From contig JAQTTC010000001.1 of NCBI GenBank assembly GCA_028711005.1, forward strand, positions 1-58,505: a DNA stretch of 58,505 bases, in the 5' to 3' direction. The position numbers and the translations under genes were made by a program. Shown piece by piece: positions 7,501 through 17,254 of the stretch. The DNA is from Minisyncoccota bacterium (GTDB taxonomy: Bacteria; Patescibacteriota; Minisyncoccia; UBA6257). Position 1 is the stretch's first letter. Every line of letters starts with the position of its first letter. A model generated the notes under the pieces. The model saw only the letters and a list, made by a program, of their open reading frames with translations. It was not told where the DNA came from and ran no database searches.

Positions 7501-8322
7501 CTATTCAATTTTAAAACGAATTGTTCCATCTAAATCAGTACGTAAAATTTCAGAACCTATCTTTTCTAAACGCTGAAGAGTGTCAGGGTGAGGGTGATTA
7601 TAACTGTTATGACCAACCTCAATAACAGAAATATGAGGCATAAAAGACTCGAGAAATAGCTCAGAAGACGCATAGCGAGAACCATGATGAGCCACCTTTA
7701 AGACCCGAAATTTATTATCTCTTGATAAAAAAGAAATTATTTCTTTTTCTTCAACGTCGCTAATGTCTCCAGTAAAAAGAAATTGGTTCTTTTCTAAGCA
7801 TAAAGACAATACTAGACTAAATTTATTTGGATCTTCATTTAAGGAAACCATTGTTTTTGGATACAAAACAGATAAAATATCATTTTTTCCTAAATCAACT
7901 TTAACTCCGTTAAAACCTTTCAATATCAAAATATTTCTTTTTTCAAATTCTTGGAGTAATTTCTGATACTGAACATCAGAATAAAAAACATTATTAAGCA
8001 TTACTGCTCTTATTTTATATTTATCCAATATTTCAAAAATACCATAAAAATGATCCTTATTAGGATGAGAAAGAATAAAAAGATCAATAGTTCTATCAAA
8101 AAAAGGCAAAGAATTATTCAATTCCCTAACAAGACTTGCATCAGGACCAGCATCAATTAAAATATTGCCCAAGTAAGTTTGAACTAATTCCGCATCTCCT
8201 TGACCAACATCAAGAAAATTCACTATCCCCCTACCAAGATAAAAATATTCAAAAATAATCCAATAAGTAAAAATATTTACACAAATCAAAATAATTAAAG
8301 AATATTTAAAATATTTATTCAT
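7501..8322 (-). CDS. MBL-fold metallo-hydrolase equivalent to the ComEC C-terminal domain (stand-alone)
   Basis: 'VNFLDVGQGDAELV', 'ILIDAGP', 'LFILSHPNKDHFYG' and 'VAHHGS' are the ComEC beta-lactamase-like domain motifs. Lies directly downstream of the ComEC channel ORF. Confidence 0.75.
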   Translation of the reverse strand: MNKYFKYSLIILICVNIFTYWIIFEYFYLGRGIVNFLDVGQGDAELVQTYLGNILIDAGPDASLVRELNNSLPFFDRTIDLFILSHPNKDHFYGIFEILDKYKIRAVMLNNVFYSDVQYQKLLQEFEKRNILILKGFNGVKVDLGKNDILSVLYPKTMVSLNEDPNKFSLVLSLCLEKNQFLFTGDISDVEEKEIISFLSRDNKFRVLKVAHHGSRYASSELFLESFMPHISVIEVGHNSYNHPHPDTLQRLEKIGSEILRTDLDGTIRFKIE

Positions 8323-8333
8323 AATAATTTAAA

Positions 8334-9755
8334 TTAAATTTTATTCTTGCGTAAATAGATAAAAATAAAAATATAATATGGGATAATTACCCAACGAAAA
8401 ATATCTGGAATGTAAATTTCTGCCCAAGATAAAGAAGAAAAAAAGGAGATTACTTTAAGAGCATAAGAAAGAATAAAATCAAGAAAAATGCTACAAAATA
8501 AACCAAAAGGGTAAAATAGAAAAGAAACAATAGCTGTTAACGCTCCACCACCAATTATTAGAGGAACCAAGGGAATAATCAAAATATTAGTAAAAGGAGC
8601 AACTAATGAAAAATTCTGGGTTTTAAATATTAACCAAGGAACAACTAAAACCAAAGCTGAAAAACAAGCAAGAACTGTCTGCTTAATAATTATCATTCCT
8701 TTAAGATTAAAAAAACTATGTTGCCAAAACGAAGATTGTTCCCATCTAGAATAGAAAAATAATATACCTGCTGTAGATAAAAAAGAAAGCTGAAAACCTA
8801 AATCCCAAAAGAGAAGAAAAGGATTAAACCAAACCATTATCAAGCAAGCTAAAAGCAAAGCATTTAAGGGATTATAAAGACGGTAACTAAAATGAGCTAA
8901 AACCAATAAAAAAGACATAATTGCAGCTCGAATAATTGATGATGTTAAACCAGCCATAAAAGCAAATCCTAATAAAAACAAACAAAGAAAAACAAAATTT
9001 AAAAGATTACCTAAACAAAAAAGAGCCAAGAGACTAGAAAACATTTTGGTAATAATTGAAAGATGAAGCCCAGAAGCAACAACAATATGAGATAAACCTG
9101 CTTTTTGAATTTCTTTTTCCAAAGAAATTGATAAATTATTTTTACCGCCAAAAATAATACTATTTAAAAGACTTACTTGAGGCTCAGAAATAATTTTCTG
9201 GAGAGCTCCAGTTATTTTATTTTTAAAAGATAGCGCAATTTTTTTTAAAGAAAATCTCCCAGAAGAGATAAACTCTATCTTGGGATAGCTTATTTTTCCA
9301 GAAATAATTATTGAACTATAAGAACGAAAATTTTCAAAGGGTTGAACCTTCCCCTTGATTCTTATTAAATCTCCATAATGATAAAGAGGGTATCTATCTG
9401 TATAAATAACTGTATTAGGAATAATAATCCTTTGGTAATTATCTTTTAAAATTGGTTCTGTAATAATAGAAGCCTCAACCTCAATTTTCTGCTCTTCTTT
9501 TATTGCTGTTTTATTTAATTGATCAAAAGAGTAAATATAGTGACTTTGCCCTATAAAAAAACTCAGCAAAATAAAAAATAAAAAAGCAGATCTTCGTTTG
9601 TAACAAAACCAAAAACAAATTAATAAAAAAATAAAAGTGCTTAAAAAAGAAAAGGAAATATGAAAAGGAAAATAATGAGAAAAAATTATTCCAATTAAAA
9701 AAGACGCCCCACATTGACGGAAAACTCTTGAAGAAGAGAGCGTCATATTTAACAA
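8334..9755 (-). CDS. comEC: ComEC/Rec2 DNA internalisation channel (DUF4131 + Competence domains)
   Basis: Polytopic membrane protein. OB-like N-terminal region 'YHYGDLIRIKGKV'. Competence-domain segment 'KAGLSHIVVASGLHLSII...AGLTSSIIRAAIM'. Confidence 0.8.
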   Translation of the reverse strand: MLNMTLSSSRVFRQCGASFLIGIIFSHYFPFHISFSFLSTFIFLLICFWFCYKRRSAFLFFILLSFFIGQSHYIYSFDQLNKTAIKEEQKIEVEASIITEPILKDNYQRIIIPNTVIYTDRYPLYHYGDLIRIKGKVQPFENFRSYSSIIISGKISYPKIEFISSGRFSLKKIALSFKNKITGALQKIISEPQVSLLNSIIFGGKNNLSISLEKEIQKAGLSHIVVASGLHLSIITKMFSSLLALFCLGNLLNFVFLCLFLLGFAFMAGLTSSIIRAAIMSFLLVLAHFSYRLYNPLNALLLACLIMVWFNPFLLFWDLGFQLSFLSTAGILFFYSRWEQSSFWQHSFFNLKGMIIIKQTVLACFSALVLVVPWLIFKTQNFSLVAPFTNILIIPLVPLIIGGGALTAIVSFLFYPFGLFCSIFLDFILSYALKVISFFSSLSWAEIYIPDIFRWVIIPYYIFIFIYLRKNKI

Positions 9756-9880
9756 AGATTACATTCAAAAAAAGGTTTTATTCTTTTATTAAGATTCTAC
9801 TTTTTACTCAGTTCAACTATATAAAATACATAGAGATAGAATGCAAAAAAACAAATCTATTAATTATTTTCTTATTTACT

Positions 9881-11146
9881 TTAATCTTTTTTCTTTTTCC
9901 TTCTAAGAAAGGCGGGAATTTCAAATTCTTCTCTTTCCTTTTCTTCTTCTTCCTGTTTTTTTTCTTTTTCTTCTTGCTCTTGTTGTTCCTTATTAATTGG
10001 TACTTTAATTTCTAAAGGTAAGACTGAACTTAATTCCCTATATTCTTCTCCAAAGCCCCCAGCAATAACAGTAACCTTTATTTCTCCTTTATGAAGGTCA
10101 TTATCAAAACTAGCTCCAAAAATTACTTGAGCATCCTTAGCTATTGATTGAGTGATTACTCTAGCAGCATTATGAATTTCTACTAAAGACATATCTTTTG
10201 TCCCTGCAACATTAAATAAAACTCGTTTAGCTCCCTCAATTGAAATATCTAATAAAGGAGAAGAAATTGCTAATTCAGCAGCTTTCTTTGCTCTATCTTG
10301 TCCTTTAAAAACTCCTATCCCCAATAAAGCACTACCTGCCTCTGTAAGAGTTGAACGAACATTAGCAAAATCTAAATTAATTAAGCCAGGATAAGCTATT
10401 AAATTAACCATTGCTTCAACTCCTTGCCTTAATATATCATCAACTTTACCAAAAGCATCTAAGATTGGTGTTTCTTCATCAATAATGTTAAAAATTCTAT
10501 CATTAGGAATAGTTACCAGGGCATCAACTTCATTAAAAAGTTTTTGCCAGGCATCATCAGCTATATCTAGTCTTTTTTCCCCTTCAAAAGTAAAAGGCTT
10601 TGTTACCACTCCAATAACTAAAGCTCCTGCTTGTTTTGCTAAATTAGCAACAACAGGAGAAGCACCTGAACCAGTCCCTCCACCTAATCCGCAGGTAAGA
10701 AAAATCATATCTGCTCCCTGGACCGATTGATTAATTTCCTCAAGGCTTTCTTCTGCTGATTCTCTCCCTCGATTTGGATCCATTCCAGCACCTAGCCCTC
10801 GACAAATTTCTTTTCCTATTTGAATCTTTAAATCTGCTTTTGTGTGTTGCAATCCTTGAATATCTGTATTAAGAGCTATAAATTCAACTCCTTCAGTTCT
10901 CTTCTCTTTCATCCTAGCAATAACATTTCCACCAGCCCCTCCAACGCCTATTATCTTAACACAAATACTCTTATTAAGAGGTGACTTTTTTTCCTTTTGT
11001 TTTGCCTTTGGTTTTTTTTGAACTAAAAAAGCTTTCTTTTCTTTTTTTTTCGAACTTGTTTTCTTTCGAGGCTTTACTTTTTTTGTTTTTTTAATAGGAT
11101 TATTCTTTTTAAGAATTTTCCTTGTATTTTTTTTCTTCATACTCAC
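9881..11146 (-). CDS. ftsZ: Cell division GTPase FtsZ with a Lys-rich N-terminal extension
   Basis: 'IKIIGVGGAGGNVIARM', tubulin signature 'GLGGGTGSGASPVVA', 'NLDFANV' and the C-terminal FtsA-binding peptide 'EIPAFLRR'. Confidence 0.95.
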   Translation of the reverse strand: MSMKKKNTRKILKKNNPIKKTKKVKPRKKTSSKKKEKKAFLVQKKPKAKQKEKKSPLNKSICVKIIGVGGAGGNVIARMKEKRTEGVEFIALNTDIQGLQHTKADLKIQIGKEICRGLGAGMDPNRGRESAEESLEEINQSVQGADMIFLTCGLGGGTGSGASPVVANLAKQAGALVIGVVTKPFTFEGEKRLDIADDAWQKLFNEVDALVTIPNDRIFNIIDEETPILDAFGKVDDILRQGVEAMVNLIAYPGLINLDFANVRSTLTEAGSALLGIGVFKGQDRAKKAAELAISSPLLDISIEGAKRVLFNVAGTKDMSLVEIHNAARVITQSIAKDAQVIFGASFDNDLHKGEIKVTVIAGGFGEEYRELSSVLPLEIKVPINKEQQEQEEKEKKQEEEEKEREEFEIPAFLRRKKKKD

Positions 11147-11150
11147 TAAA

Positions 11151-12371
11151 TTAAATAGAAAATGAATTTTTAAAAAAATTGATCAATTTTTGCATTGCCC
11201 CTTCTCCTGAAGGCAAAGAGATTCCTGGTCTCTGGTTTTGAAATTTTAGAGATAAAAGACCTAAAGCAGGAACAAAACTAAGATCTGGAGAGTCCTTATA
11301 CCAATCAATCTCTGGCTTCGCTACTCTAACAGGAAGATTGAGCCTTTCTTTTGCCAACTCTGTAATAAAAGGCATTTTTGCACCTCCTCCATAAATAACT
11401 ATCCCACCAGGTAATTTTTCAAAACGATCTATTTCTTTTAATCTTTTTGCTACTAAATCAAATATCTCAGAAAGACGAGCTTCTATTATTTCAGCTAAAA
11501 ATTTCTTACTCACCTTATCGCCTGATATATCTTCTTCATAATAAGAAGCCCAATCAATATTATCATTTTTTGCTACTTTTTTTCTAGAAGCTAATCCTTC
11601 ATTAAGCTTTATTTTTTCTGCTATATCAACGCTTGTCTTTAAACCAACTGCAATATCATTAGTAATAGCATTCCCCCCGACAGGAAAAACTTTTAAATCA
11701 AGAATTTCATTATTTTCATAGACACAAAGACTAGTAGTACCAGCTCCTAAATCTAAAGCTAGAGCCCCTAAGTCTTTGTCTTGGGGAGTAAGAGCTATTT
11801 CAGCTCCAGCATAAGGAAGAACGAATTTAGGATTAAATTTTAAATTAACCATTTCCCCTAAACGATCAATAGAGCTAACAAAAGGAGTAAAGGCATCAAT
11901 CAAAAGGCACTCTGTTTCTATCTTTAATCCTTTCATTCCTATTGGATTCTTTACTTTTGCCACTCCATCAACAATGTAGCTTCTCAAAGCAGTATCAATT
12001 AAGCTCCTATTAGAAGGAAGAGCAAAGGCTTCAGCTGCTTTATTTGCTCTTTGTATATCATCTTCACATATTTCTTGATCAGGACGAGAAACAACTGCTA
12101 CTCCTTTAGAAAGACGAGTTTCCAGATGAGACCCTCCAACACCAGTTGCTGCTTCTTTAAAAACAACATTTTTAAGTGTTGACTCTATTTCCATCATTAG
12201 ATTATCAAGCTCTTCAGTAGCTTCTTCTAAATTATTTATTACTCCTTCTTTGATCCCTCTTGATTTTCTACAAGTTGGCAAAACAATTTTCCAACCTTGA
12301 TCATCAATTTTAGCAACCAATGCCTTGATGCTTGATGAACCTAAGTCTATGGCTAAAAAAGGAGATTTCAT
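11151..12371 (-). CDS. ftsA: Cell division protein FtsA (actin-like ATPase)
   Basis: 'LAIDLGSSSIKALVA', 'ALDLGAGTTSLCVY' and 'GIVIYGGGAKMP'. Lies immediately upstream of ftsZ. Confidence 0.9.
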   Translation of the reverse strand: MKSPFLAIDLGSSSIKALVAKIDDQGWKIVLPTCRKSRGIKEGVINNLEEATEELDNLMMEIESTLKNVVFKEAATGVGGSHLETRLSKGVAVVSRPDQEICEDDIQRANKAAEAFALPSNRSLIDTALRSYIVDGVAKVKNPIGMKGLKIETECLLIDAFTPFVSSIDRLGEMVNLKFNPKFVLPYAGAEIALTPQDKDLGALALDLGAGTTSLCVYENNEILDLKVFPVGGNAITNDIAVGLKTSVDIAEKIKLNEGLASRKKVAKNDNIDWASYYEEDISGDKVSKKFLAEIIEARLSEIFDLVAKRLKEIDRFEKLPGGIVIYGGGAKMPFITELAKERLNLPVRVAKPEIDWYKDSPDLSFVPALGLLSLKFQNQRPGISLPSGEGAMQKLINFFKNSFSI

Positions 12372-12372
12372 G

Positions 12373-12831
12373 TTATTTGTTATTAATAAATCTAAGAATT
12401 TTATTTTCTAAACGCTCCATCTTCTTACTATCTTTTTCTTTTTCATGAGTATATCCATAGAGATGAAGCAGACTATGAATTACTATTTTTGTATAGAAGG
12501 AAGGAAGTAAAATTTTAAATTCTCGAGCTTGGTTTTCTATTTTTTCAGGACAAAGAAAAATATCCCCAAGAACCTTTTCTTTTTCTTTAATTTTTACTGG
12601 AAAGCTTTGATGAAAAGGAAATGAAAGAACCGAAGCAACGATATTTTTATTGCGCCAATAATTATTAAGTCTTTTACTGTCTTGAGCATCAATAAAAATT
12701 AATGATAAATTTACTTTTTTCTTTTCACCCAAAACTACTAAGCTTTTCTCAACCAATTTCTGAAAAAATCTCTGGGAAGGAATTTCTTTCTTTACTAAAT
12801 TATATATTAAAATTTCAGTTTTGGGAATCAT
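12373..12831 (-). CDS. ybeY: rRNA maturation endoribonuclease YbeY
   Basis: Zn-binding motif 'HSLLHLYGYTHE' (H..LH..G..H). Confidence 0.85.
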   Translation of the reverse strand: MIPKTEILIYNLVKKEIPSQRFFQKLVEKSLVVLGEKKKVNLSLIFIDAQDSKRLNNYWRNKNIVASVLSFPFHQSFPVKIKEKEKVLGDIFLCPEKIENQAREFKILLPSFYTKIVIHSLLHLYGYTHEKEKDSKKMERLENKILRFINNK

Positions 12832-12836
12832 TAACT

Positions 12837-13052
12837 TTAAAGGATACCTTTCTTTCTTTTTCTTTCTACTTCTTGAAGCACCTTTTTTTTATGAAGGGCT
12901 GAGGATTTCTCTGTTCTTTTATTAGGCTTAGAAACATAAGACTTTCTTTTCCGAGCTTCTAAAAGAATTCCACTTTTCTTTATTACCTTAAAAGTACGAC
13001 TAAGAAAAGAATTTAAATTTTCACCCCTCCTTCTTTTTACTGTAATTGGCAT
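12837..13052 (-). CDS. rpsU: 30S ribosomal protein S21
   Basis: A 71-aa basic protein, 'MPITVKRRRGENLNSFLSRTFKVIKKSGILLEARKRKSYVSKPNKR', matching the S21 pattern. Confidence 0.8.
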   Translation of the reverse strand: MPITVKRRRGENLNSFLSRTFKVIKKSGILLEARKRKSYVSKPNKRTEKSSALHKKKVLQEVERKRKKGIL

Positions 13053-13083
13053 AATTTATAAATAACTTTTAAAAATTAATTTT

Positions 13084-14418
13084 TTAGTTTTTTAATCTTT
13101 TTTTAACTTCTGAGACTATCTTCTCCCAGGGAATTAATTCTTGAAGACCTGAATTCATATCCTTTAAAATTATCATACCATCTAGAACCTCTTGTTGTCC
13201 AAGAATCAAAACATATTTTACCCCAAGACGATCAGCTATTTTTAATTGTGATTTTAAATTTTCTTTACCTAAATTTTCCCCTAGCAAAATCTTTTCTTTG
13301 CGAAATTGTTCTAAAATCTTAAAAGACATTTTTTGTGCCGCTTCTCCAATTTGAACTAAGAAAACTTTTGGAACAGTTGGTTTAAATTTTTTACCTTGCC
13401 GAACCATCTCTTGCATTAATCTTTCAACACCAAAAGCTACACCAACTGCTGGTTTTTTAATTCCTCCTATGGTTTCTGTTAGTTCATCATATCGACCTCC
13501 TCCACCTAAAGAGATCCTACCTGTTTCATTCTCTAAACAAAATTCAAAAACAGTTTTTGTGTAATAATCCAACCCTCGAACTAAGGTTTTATCTAAAATA
13601 TATGGAATATTCAAATAATCAAGAAGTTCTAGAAGAGCTTTAAAATGATCGCGACATTCTGGACAAAGATAGTCTAAAATAGGAGGTGCTCCTTGTTTAA
13701 CAAGAGAACACTTTTCATTTTTACAATCCAATACCCTCAAGGGATTTTCTTTTATCCTTCGACGACAATCAGAACAAATTTGTTTGTCTAGTTTTTTGTA
13801 ATATTTTTTTAATTCTTTTATATAGAGAGGTCGACAATTTGGACAACCAATACTATTTATAAGCAAGAAAATATTTTTTTTAGAAAAACCTAAATTCTCT
13901 AAAAAAAGTTTTGAAAGAAGAATAATTTCTGCATCAGCAACTACATCTCCTCCTCCAATCATCTCTGCTCCTAATTGATAAAATTGACGATAACGTCCAG
14001 CTTGAGGTTTCTCATGACGGAAAAAAGGACCAAAATAATAAAATTTTACTGGCTGGGTTAAATTAAACATTCCTTTTTCTATATAAGATCTTACTATAGA
14101 AGCAGTTCCTTCTGGGCGTAAAGCTAATAATTCTTTATTTTCTTTTGCTTTCAAAATATACATTTCCTTTTCAATAACATCTGTTTTTTCACCTACTCCT
14201 TTTTCAAATAATTCTGCTTTTTCTAGAATAGGGGTTTCTATTCTTTGAAAATTATAAAATTCAAAAATCTTTTTAGCATTATTTAAGATTAAATCATAAT
14301 AAAACCAATCTTTTGCTAAAACATCTTTCATTCCACGAAGAGTTTGAACTGTTTTTTTCCCTTTTTTAATTGAAAGTTTTTTATCTTTTTTTATTCCTTT
14401 TTTATAAACCATAAGCAA
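13084..14418 (-). CDS. hisS: Histidyl-tRNA synthetase
   Basis: 'RGMKDVL', 'RIETPILEKAELF', 'LRPEGTASIVR', motif 2 'YYFGPFFRHEKPQAGRYRQFYQLGAE' and 'GGGRYD'. Contains a Cys-rich insertion. The start may be M1 or M3. Confidence 0.9.
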   Translation of the reverse strand: MLMVYKKGIKKDKKLSIKKGKKTVQTLRGMKDVLAKDWFYYDLILNNAKKIFEFYNFQRIETPILEKAELFEKGVGEKTDVIEKEMYILKAKENKELLALRPEGTASIVRSYIEKGMFNLTQPVKFYYFGPFFRHEKPQAGRYRQFYQLGAEMIGGGDVVADAEIILLSKLFLENLGFSKKNIFLLINSIGCPNCRPLYIKELKKYYKKLDKQICSDCRRRIKENPLRVLDCKNEKCSLVKQGAPPILDYLCPECRDHFKALLELLDYLNIPYILDKTLVRGLDYYTKTVFEFCLENETGRISLGGGGRYDELTETIGGIKKPAVGVAFGVERLMQEMVRQGKKFKPTVPKVFLVQIGEAAQKMSFKILEQFRKEKILLGENLGKENLKSQLKIADRLGVKYVLILGQQEVLDGMIILKDMNSGLQELIPWEKIVSEVKKRLKN

Positions 14419-14932
14419 CTATTTTTTGAAAAGGCCAAAGACGGAGCCAAACCCGACCTATTATTAAACTCTCTTCTACCGGACCCCAATTCCGAGAATC
14501 ATAAGAAGCTACACGATTATCACCCAAGACAAAATATTGATTTTTATTAAGCGTTAGCTCAAGACTTCCAGCAGTATTAACGCCTTCTGGAAGAAAATCT
14601 TCCTGAAGAGAAAAAGATCCTCCTTCAGTATTGGTTATTGTTATTTGACCATTCTTAATTTCTATAGTTTCAAATGGTAAACCAATAACTCTTTTAATAT
14701 AATATTGATCAAGATGATTAGGAGCTTTAAAAACGATTACCTCATATCTACTAGGATTACGAAAACGATAAGTTAATTCATCAATAATAAGATAGTCTTG
14801 TGTATTAAAATTTGGTTCCATGCTGCTTCCATGAACTATAAATGGTTGAATTAAAAAATATCTTATAGGAACAACTATAAGAATAGCAATGAATATCATT
14901 TCTAGATTTTCCCAAAAAATTTTTCGCCACAT
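14402..14932 (-). CDS. lepB: Signal peptidase I
   Basis: Catalytic Ser box 'GSSMEPNF', Lys box 'YIKRVIGLP' and 'VLGDNRVASYDSRNWGPV'. Start placed at M18 to leave a divergent promoter region; this choice is uncertain. Confidence 0.85.
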   Translation of the reverse strand: MWRKIFWENLEMIFIAILIVVPIRYFLIQPFIVHGSSMEPNFNTQDYLIIDELTYRFRNPSRYEVIVFKAPNHLDQYYIKRVIGLPFETIEIKNGQITITNTEGGSFSLQEDFLPEGVNTAGSLELTLNKNQYFVLGDNRVASYDSRNWGPVEESLIIGRVWLRLWPFQKIVAYGL

Positions 14933-15003
14933 ATCGAGTATAAATATCTTAAGGATAATACCACAATTGAACCATGAAAGCAAATATGGTAAATTAAATA
15001 AAC

Positions 15004-16011
15004 ATGAAATTTCCTCTTAAAAAAGCAGCTCTTGGAATAATTATCGTTAGCATAATTTTAGCGCTGTTTTTTTTATTCTTTAGTCAAATAGAATCAAAAG
15101 AATATCATTTTTCATCTAATTTTTTAGAAGGAGACTCTGCTAATAATTTACTAGAATCAAAAAACCCTCCTTTAAACATTCTTTTTTTAGGGATTGTCGG
15201 CGAAGAATCTCGAGGATCGTTTCTAACTGATAGCATTTTTGTTATTCATCTTGCTCCTGATGCTAAAAAAATTGCCATGATTTCTATCCCAAGAGATTTA
15301 TGGATTCAAATACCAAATCTCTCTCAAGAAATGAAAATTAATAATCTTTATGCACTAGAAAATAAAGGCAGAACCTTTCTTAAGGCAACGGATTCTAATT
15401 TAATAAGTCAAAAGGCAGAAGAGATAACGGGACTCAAAATTGATCACACTGTAATTTTAGAATTAGAAGGATTCGGAAAATTAATAGATGCTATTGGTGG
15501 AATAGATATTTGGTTAGAACAAGATATTTTTGACCCTCAGCTAGTTAATCCTCATAATCCATCTGAAATTTTTCATCTAGCTGCTGGGTGGCGACACCTA
15601 GACGGAGATACAGCCATTAAGTTTGTTAGAACTCGTTATGCCCCTGAAGGAGATTTTAATAGAATGCAACACCAACAATTAATAATTGCCGCTTTAAAGG
15701 ATAAATTAAGTAAATTAGCAGATATCTGGAACTTAATGACTTGGCTCAAAATATGGCAATCTCTTAATAACCACTTTATTGTTGATTTAGATTTTAATGC
15801 TCTTTGGCAAATTTTTAATCTTGTAAAAGATATTTCTGCTGATCAAATAGAATATATTAGAATTACTAATCGACCCCCTGACGAACTATTACAAACTACA
15901 ACTTTTTTTGATCCCTCTTTTGAGCAAGATGTTTATGTTTTAATTCCTAAAAAAGGCTTTGAAGAATATCAAGAAATTCAAAATTACATAAAAGAAAAAA
16001 TTTCTTTTTAA
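15004..16011 (+). CDS. LCP (LytR-CpsA-Psr) family cell-envelope phosphotransferase
   Basis: N-terminal TM helix. 'NILFLGIVGEE...LTDSIFVIHLAPDAKKIAMISIPRDLW' and 'FVRTRYAPEGDFNRMQHQQ'. Confidence 0.8.
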   Translation: MKFPLKKAALGIIIVSIILALFFLFFSQIESKEYHFSSNFLEGDSANNLLESKNPPLNILFLGIVGEESRGSFLTDSIFVIHLAPDAKKIAMISIPRDLWIQIPNLSQEMKINNLYALENKGRTFLKATDSNLISQKAEEITGLKIDHTVILELEGFGKLIDAIGGIDIWLEQDIFDPQLVNPHNPSEIFHLAAGWRHLDGDTAIKFVRTRYAPEGDFNRMQHQQLIIAALKDKLSKLADIWNLMTWLKIWQSLNNHFIVDLDFNALWQIFNLVKDISADQIEYIRITNRPPDELLQTTTFFDPSFEQDVYVLIPKKGFEEYQEIQNYIKEKISF

Positions 16012-16017
16012 TACACT

Positions 16018-16590
16018 ATGACTTATCATAATACAAAAAATAATTCCATTTTGATCATTGGACTAGGAAATCCTGAACCATCTTATAAAAACAATCTTCA
16101 TAATATTGGCTATCATTTTATTGATTATTTAGCAAATAAATGGCAAGGAAATGATTGGAAAGAAAATAAGAAATGCTTTGCCAATATTAGCTTAATTAAT
16201 ATTAATGATCAGAATATAATTTTAGCTAAATCCTTAATTTTTATGAACGAATCAGGAAAAGCTTTAAACTTACTTAAAAAATTTTATTCTTTAACTCTTC
16301 AAAATATTTATATTGCTCACGATGATACTGATATCAGTATAGGTAATTTTAAAATAAGTTATGGCCGAGGATCAGCTGGTCATAAAGGAATTGAATCTAT
16401 TATTAAGCATCTACGATCAAAGAATTTTAATCGAATAAGAATCGGGGCTCGCTCTCCTTTCTTGAAAAATAAAAAAGCAGAGGAATTGGTTCTTAAAAAT
16501 TTAAGCCCTCAAGAAAATCAAGCAATAAAAGATATTTTTCCTATAATAGAGGAACAATTAAAAAATATTTATTTTTGTAAAGATAAATAA
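16018..16590 (+). CDS. pth: Peptidyl-tRNA hydrolase
   Basis: 'LIIGLGNPEPSYKNNLHNIGY', 'FMNESGKA', 'HDDTDISIG' and 'GSAGHKGIESI'. Confidence 0.85.
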   Translation: MTYHNTKNNSILIIGLGNPEPSYKNNLHNIGYHFIDYLANKWQGNDWKENKKCFANISLININDQNIILAKSLIFMNESGKALNLLKKFYSLTLQNIYIAHDDTDISIGNFKISYGRGSAGHKGIESIIKHLRSKNFNRIRIGARSPFLKNKKAEELVLKNLSPQENQAIKDIFPIIEEQLKNIYFCKDK

Positions 16591-17254
16591 AAAGACGAAA
16601 AACCAAAAGCGATAGAATACTTAAATACAAAACGCTTAAGGAAAGATAATTTAATAAAAAGAAAAACTCTGAATTAATTAAAATTAAAACTAAAAAAGAG
16701 AGCCAAAAATTTAAAAAAGAAATATTCAAGAAAAGAAAATACAAATAAGAAAAAAGCGTTAATCCTAGCATATATATTAAAAAGCTAACACCAAAAGAAT
16801 AATTTAGGAAAAAATAAGAACCATAAGAAATTACTATCCAGCCTAAAAAAAGATAGTAAAAAATAATTGCTCGCCAGTATTTTGATTTTTCTGAAGAAGC
16901 AAAAGAAATTAATTTATTACCATTGCCCCGAAAGCTATGGTTTTTTATTTCATCTGAAAAACATCTTTTCCAAAAAAAGAATAAAAATAATAAAATGAAA
17001 ATTATAGCCCACAATGGCTTAATAAAAGAATTTATAATATTAGCCTCTAAAAAACATAAAAAAATAAAATAAAAATTAACCCAAGACATTCCTAGAAGGG
17101 CTTTCCAAAGAAAAATTATTAATAAACCAATTAAAATAGCGTAAACAAAGCGCAAAGAAAAAATAACACTCCCCAAAAGAAAACTAGAGTAAATAAGAAA
17201 AAAACTAAATGCCTTAAGTTCTAAAGAAGAAAAAAAATTCTTTATCTTTGACAT
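16541..17254 (-). CDS. Polytopic membrane protein, unknown function
   Basis: 237-aa ORF rich in F/L/I with at least six hydrophobic segments. Its start overlaps the clpB stop by 13 nt. No recognisable motif. Confidence 0.4.
   Translation of the reverse strand: MSKIKNFFSSLELKAFSFFLIYSSFLLGSVIFSLRFVYAILIGLLIIFLWKALLGMSWVNFYFIFLCFLEANIINSFIKPLWAIIFILLFLFFFWKRCFSDEIKNHSFRGNGNKLISFASSEKSKYWRAIIFYYLFLGWIVISYGSYFFLNYSFGVSFLIYMLGLTLFSYLYFLFLNISFLNFWLSFLVLILINSEFFFLLNYLSLSVLYLSILSLLVFRLFIYLYKNKYFLIVPLL

Noticed and set aside
9523-10015. ORFs 9523-9768 (-) and 9728-10015 (+), rich in F, L and K
   Set aside because: Both are low-complexity translations of AT-rich sequence. The first is an alternative frame of the comEC 5' end. 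The second is antisense to the Glu/Lys-rich C-terminal linker of ftsZ.
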